The position numbers were made by a program, and so were the translations under genes. 29,493 nucleotides of DNA from a virus (Duplodnaviria > Caudoviricetes). The stretch spans positions 1 through 29,493 of IMG/VR virus record IMGVR_UViG_3300030330_000169, one strand, 5' to 3'. This document shows positions 26,807-29,493 of the stretch, piece after piece (position 1 is the stretch's first letter; the number at the start of each line of letters is the position of its first letter). Under the pieces are notes generated by a model. That model saw only the letters and a list, made by a program, of their open reading frames with translations. It ran no database searches and was not told the DNA's origin.

Positions 26807-27480
26807 CCACCCCCCAGAATAAATGTATTGTGTGGTACAAATCTTATAGAAGCTGTCTCTGCATCCTCACCCGCTGCAAGCTCAAACTGATACTCATACT
26901 CTTGTTTTAAAGGAACGACTCTATCTGCTGACTCAGGCTTTTTCATGGCTATTTGATAAGCAAGGCCAGCTACTAGACATGGGACAAATCTGGGAGGCAC
27001 TGCTGCTGTTGTACCAACTCCTGAAGACAGTCCATCTATTCCTTTTAGTCTATAATAAGCTAGTGTGTATGCAGCGTCTGGCACAGGCCATAATGTTACT
27101 CTTGTCTCTGTAGCTAGTCTTTGTACATATATCTGACTAGGCTTTCCTGTTGTATTTTTGTTAGACTGGGCAGCATAGCTAGACACGGATATACGCTCCA
27201 AGGCTGTATCTACCTGACTAGTACCAGTGCCAGTTCGTATGTGATGCTCTATGACATCTATGGTATCTACGGGCATGGTATACGTTACTGTACCCGCAGC
27301 TATGGCTAGAGTCCCCTCGTCTATAGTAAACAGATTAAGTCCTCTGTTCTGCCACTCAAGCAACATGATATTAAGGCTACGCCTTGCTGTTCGAAGATCG
27401 TAACCTGTGTTTAGTTCTACTCCTGCACGTTCGTAGGCTTCCTCGAATATATCAGGTAAATCTGGTGTAACTACTGCCAT
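26803..27480 (-). CDS. Head-tail connector/adaptor protein (adaptor I), 225 aa
   Basis: IFEEAYERAG....GYDLRTARRSLN....EWQNRGLNL, NK...G.PSQ.YV.R, LWPVPD, P.RF.PCLVAGLAY..A.K. Confidence 0.7.
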   Translation of the reverse strand: MAVVTPDLPDIFEEAYERAGVELNTGYDLRTARRSLNIMLLEWQNRGLNLFTIDEGTLAIAAGTVTYTMPVDTIDVIEHHIRTGTGTSQVDTALERISVSSYAAQSNKNTTGKPSQIYVQRLATETRVTLWPVPDAAYTLAYYRLKGIDGLSSGVGTTAAVPPRFVPCLVAGLAYQIAMKKPESADRVVPLKQEYEYQFELAAGEDAETASIRFVPHNTFILGGG

Positions 27481-27483
27481 TTG

Positions 27484-27738
27484 TTATTTCCTAAACTGTC
27501 TCGTCTTCTTCGCGATCTTTTTAGGCTGGCGCACGTGCTGTTTACCTGCCTTTTTACCTTTTCTCTTAGCCCTTGAAGTAGCTGCATATTCAGCAGGGCT
27601 AAGAGATCTAATAGCCGCAGAGGGGAGATAACGCTCTCCCGTAGCCTTCTTACCTTGCGTGGATGGCTTGCCGCTCTTGGTTCGCCATTTTTGTTTGGTC
27701 CAGTTTTTAAGACTTCTCTGCGATTTCTTTAACGGCAT
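27484..27738 (-). CDS. Small very basic protein resembling the C-terminal half of a DUF5872-like domain, 84 aa
   Basis: LKKSQ.SLK.WTKQKWRTKSGK.S....TGERYLP..AI..LS..EYAAT..AKR; family name recalled, not searched. Confidence 0.6.
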   Translation of the reverse strand: MPLKKSQRSLKNWTKQKWRTKSGKPSTQGKKATGERYLPSAAIRSLSPAEYAATSRAKRKGKKAGKQHVRQPKKIAKKTRQFRK

Positions 27739-27893
27739 TACTTCTTCTTCGCTTTACCGCCACGTTTCATGGCCATAGGCTTCTTAGCCATACCACCACC
27801 CATCATTTTCTTCGCTTTACCGCCACGTTTCATCGCCATCGTTTTGCCGCCGCGTTTCATAGTCTTTTTCATCGCTCTAGGTTTCATAGCCAT
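27738..27893 (-). CDS. 51-aa protamine-like K/M/G-rich protein (below the ORF track cutoff)
   Basis: MAMKPRAMKKTMKRGGKTMAMKRGGKAKKMMGGGMAKKPMAMKRGGKAKKK*. AGGAG upstream; TAATG overlap with the next gene. Confidence 0.75.
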   Translation of the reverse strand: MAMKPRAMKKTMKRGGKTMAMKRGGKAKKMMGGGMAKKPMAMKRGGKAKKK

Positions 27894-28407
27894 CTGTCAA
27901 TCTCCTTTTCCTGTTAACAACCAGCTCTGTATACTCTTCTTTAGGGTACACCTCATAATAGCCCAAGCGTTCGAGCTTGTCACTTGCTTGAACTACTAAC
28001 TCAAGATCTTGAATAAATACCATGCAATATGGTTGATCTACAGAACTCTCCCAATCATGATCAGACAGAAAATCAAGCTCTGCATCGTCTGCACCGTAAT
28101 CAGGATGAAACTCCATACAATGCAAGTTCTCAAATAGTATGTTTAGGTTTTGCACATACCTGTGAAATTTATTTAGTTTTGGGATTTTATAAGACGCTAC
28201 TACGACAAGTTCTTTACCTGTGACGGTAAAGTCAGCGCAATGACGTAAGCTATCTGCGTACACATCGTCTGTCTCTACAACTAGGACTTTGTCACGTTTC
28301 CATGCATTCTTTGCATACGGGCAAGCAGAAAGACCTTTGAGGCTTTGGTTTGGCACTTCCAAAACCTCACGCGACCAGCTTCGTAGATCTGCCTCTATGC
28401 TACTCAA
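27877..28407 (-). CDS. Hypothetical protein with CPYA and FHPD motifs (DUF1415-like), 176 aa
   Basis: TTG start in a TTGA overlap; W...VL......L..CPYAK.AW...FHPD...PY.M.F.Q.L..V..AS..L...GYY. Confidence 0.6.
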   Translation of the reverse strand: MSSIEADLRSWSREVLEVPNQSLKGLSACPYAKNAWKRDKVLVVETDDVYADSLRHCADFTVTGKELVVVASYKIPKLNKFHRYVQNLNILFENLHCMEFHPDYGADDAELDFLSDHDWESSVDQPYCMVFIQDLELVVQASDKLERLGYYEVYPKEEYTELVVNRKRRLTDGYET

Positions 28408-28748
28408 TCTCTGTAACCCCCACCTGCTTTTTTATAAGCTTGAGCCATCATTTGAGCTTTTCTGGCTGACCACTGACCCGGTGCGCCACCTTTACCACCT
28501 GCTTTTATTCTATTAAATATACGTTTTCTGAGACCCGGCTTGGTATAGTTACCCGCCTCATTGACACGACTCTTAGCTTTCTTTTTCTTTTTGACTTTAC
28601 CACCCTTTTTCATAGTGACAGGACCGTCATCTATATTTTTAGCAGCTCTTAGCATCGCTAAGTCTTTTGCATCATCGCCTGTAGATTGAAACGGCATAGG
28701 AGAACTCCCTTTTAATTGACTACGTATGTTAGATCTTGAGATAGCCAT
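28404..28748 (-). CDS. Small basic protein with an MKKGG motif and the N-terminal half of a DUF5872-like domain, 114 aa
   Basis: NYTKP.LRKRIF..IKAGGKGG.PGQWSARKAQM.A..YKKAGGGY. Confidence 0.65.
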   Translation of the reverse strand: MAISRSNIRSQLKGSSPMPFQSTGDDAKDLAMLRAAKNIDDGPVTMKKGGKVKKKKKAKSRVNEAGNYTKPGLRKRIFNRIKAGGKGGAPGQWSARKAQMMAQAYKKAGGGYRD

Positions 28749-29039
28749 CTAACATTTCCATCTCTTCCTAGCCTGTCTTAGACGGCTATTCGGATCTTTT
28801 GCTGCTTTTGGAAACTTTTTCATCTGCCCTGCAGATCTGGCGCAGAAAGACTTACGACGTTTTGCGTCTTTGCTACCCTTCTTGACTTTACCAGTAACAG
28901 CGGTTTTAAGCTTAGAACCGGGGTTGTCCCTACGATACTTAGCTACACCTTTAGCGGTCATACCCGCACCTTTTTTGGTGGGCCGCTTATGGCCCCCCTT
29001 GATGGAGTGACCCTTCATAGTTCCTTTGCGAGCAGCCAT
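28749..29039 (-). CDS. Small basic protein (DUF6321-like), 96 aa
   Basis: G.GMT.KGV..YRR.NPGSKLKTAVT...AKRRKSFCARS.G.......KDPNSR...A...W.C; family name recalled. Confidence 0.6.
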   Translation of the reverse strand: MAARKGTMKGHSIKGGHKRPTKKGAGMTAKGVAKYRRDNPGSKLKTAVTGKVKKGSKDAKRRKSFCARSAGQMKKFPKAAKDPNSRLRQARKRWKC

Positions 29040-29043
29040 AACA

Positions 29044-29319
29044 TTAATTATAGAACACTGTTAATGCTGTTATGTTCGTTGCAACAGAAACAAATATGTC
29101 GCTGACTTTAATCCCATCATTTGGAATGTTAACAGCATGAGTGTCAGATGCCACTAAATCTAGATCTAGGACTGTAGCCCCACCACTACCATCCGTAATG
29201 GTTAGTCGAGGCGTACCTGACCCTGATAATACATGTATCTGACGAATACGAGCAGGGCCGACTGCAAGTGAGCCTGTACCTGTAACACGCTTTGCCTGTA
29301 CATCACTAGAGTAAGACAT
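29044..29319 (-). CDS. Small beta-rich protein, possible capsid decoration/cement protein, 91 aa
   Basis: SDV.A...T.TG....GPAR...I...IP..GI....I.V......LTVFY pattern; lies in the head-proximal region. Confidence 0.5.
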   Translation of the reverse strand: MSYSSDVQAKRVTGTGSLAVGPARIRQIHVLSGSGTPRLTITDGSGGATVLDLDLVASDTHAVNIPNDGIKVSDIFVSVATNITALTVFYN

Positions 29320-29322
29320 GGT

Positions 29323-29493
29323 TTACCCCTTTTTCTTAGGACGACCACGCTTTGCAACAGGTGCTTCTTCCCACGCTTCATTTACGTCAGGTGTGGAAGG
29401 ATCATCTGCTTTAAGCGTTCCATCATCGTTTCTTGCTCGGACTTTTTTAGTATTTTTCCAAACTTTCAGTGGGTTACCATCTGGGTCTAACCC
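29323..29493 (-). CDS. C-terminal part of a small protein ending in an AT-hook-like motif (start outside the window)
   Basis: ...GLDPDGNPLKVWKNTKKVRARNDDGTLKADDPSTPDVNEAWEEAPVAKRGRPKKKG*; TAA at 29323-29325. Confidence 0.7.
   Translation of the reverse strand, partial: GLDPDGNPLKVWKNTKKVRARNDDGTLKADDPSTPDVNEAWEEAPVAKRGRPKKKG

Noticed and set aside
151-28516. All plus-strand ORFs in the track (e.g. 2633-3121, 4694-5134, 13412-13978)
   Set aside because: They are antisense shadows of minus-strand genes that tile the window with RBSs and stop/start overlaps; they show no recognisable motifs.
1-29493. Alternative genetic code, tRNA genes, integrase/att sites, strong intrinsic terminators
   Set aside because: Standard code 11 gives near-complete tiling with TAA, TAG and TGA all used as stops. 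The gaps are too short for tRNAs, and I saw no recombinase or convincing GC hairpin plus U-tract.

Overview
A 29.5 kb piece of a tailed dsDNA phage genome (podovirus-type). It resembles uncultured marine phages, but the host cannot be determined from the sequence. About 43 tightly packed genes all lie on the minus strand and form one late/structural region. In transcription order (right to left): small basic and head-associated proteins; two adaptor-like proteins; a protein ending in a cupredoxin-like C-x2-H-x2-M domain; fibre/bead proteins; six tandem paralogous genes, each with exactly six 'GNATDFGDL' repeats (predicted 6-bladed propellers) and N-termini in the class order C-C-B-A-B-A; two accessory genes; a 22-aa-repeat 'rope' protein; a needle/fibre plus Gly-rich adhesin; a nozzle; a lysis cassette (membrane proteins, holins, GH19 endolysin); and ejection/internal virion proteins. 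The ORF track misses four probable genes (1-797, 7422-7598, 27738-27893, 29323-29493). The most unusual features are the 6x6 propeller array, a [MFL]xxGG motif shared by internal and small basic proteins, a possible virion blue-copper site, and a conserved promoter-like motif in the two largest intergenic gaps. All family assignments come from recognising motifs by eye, not from database searches.
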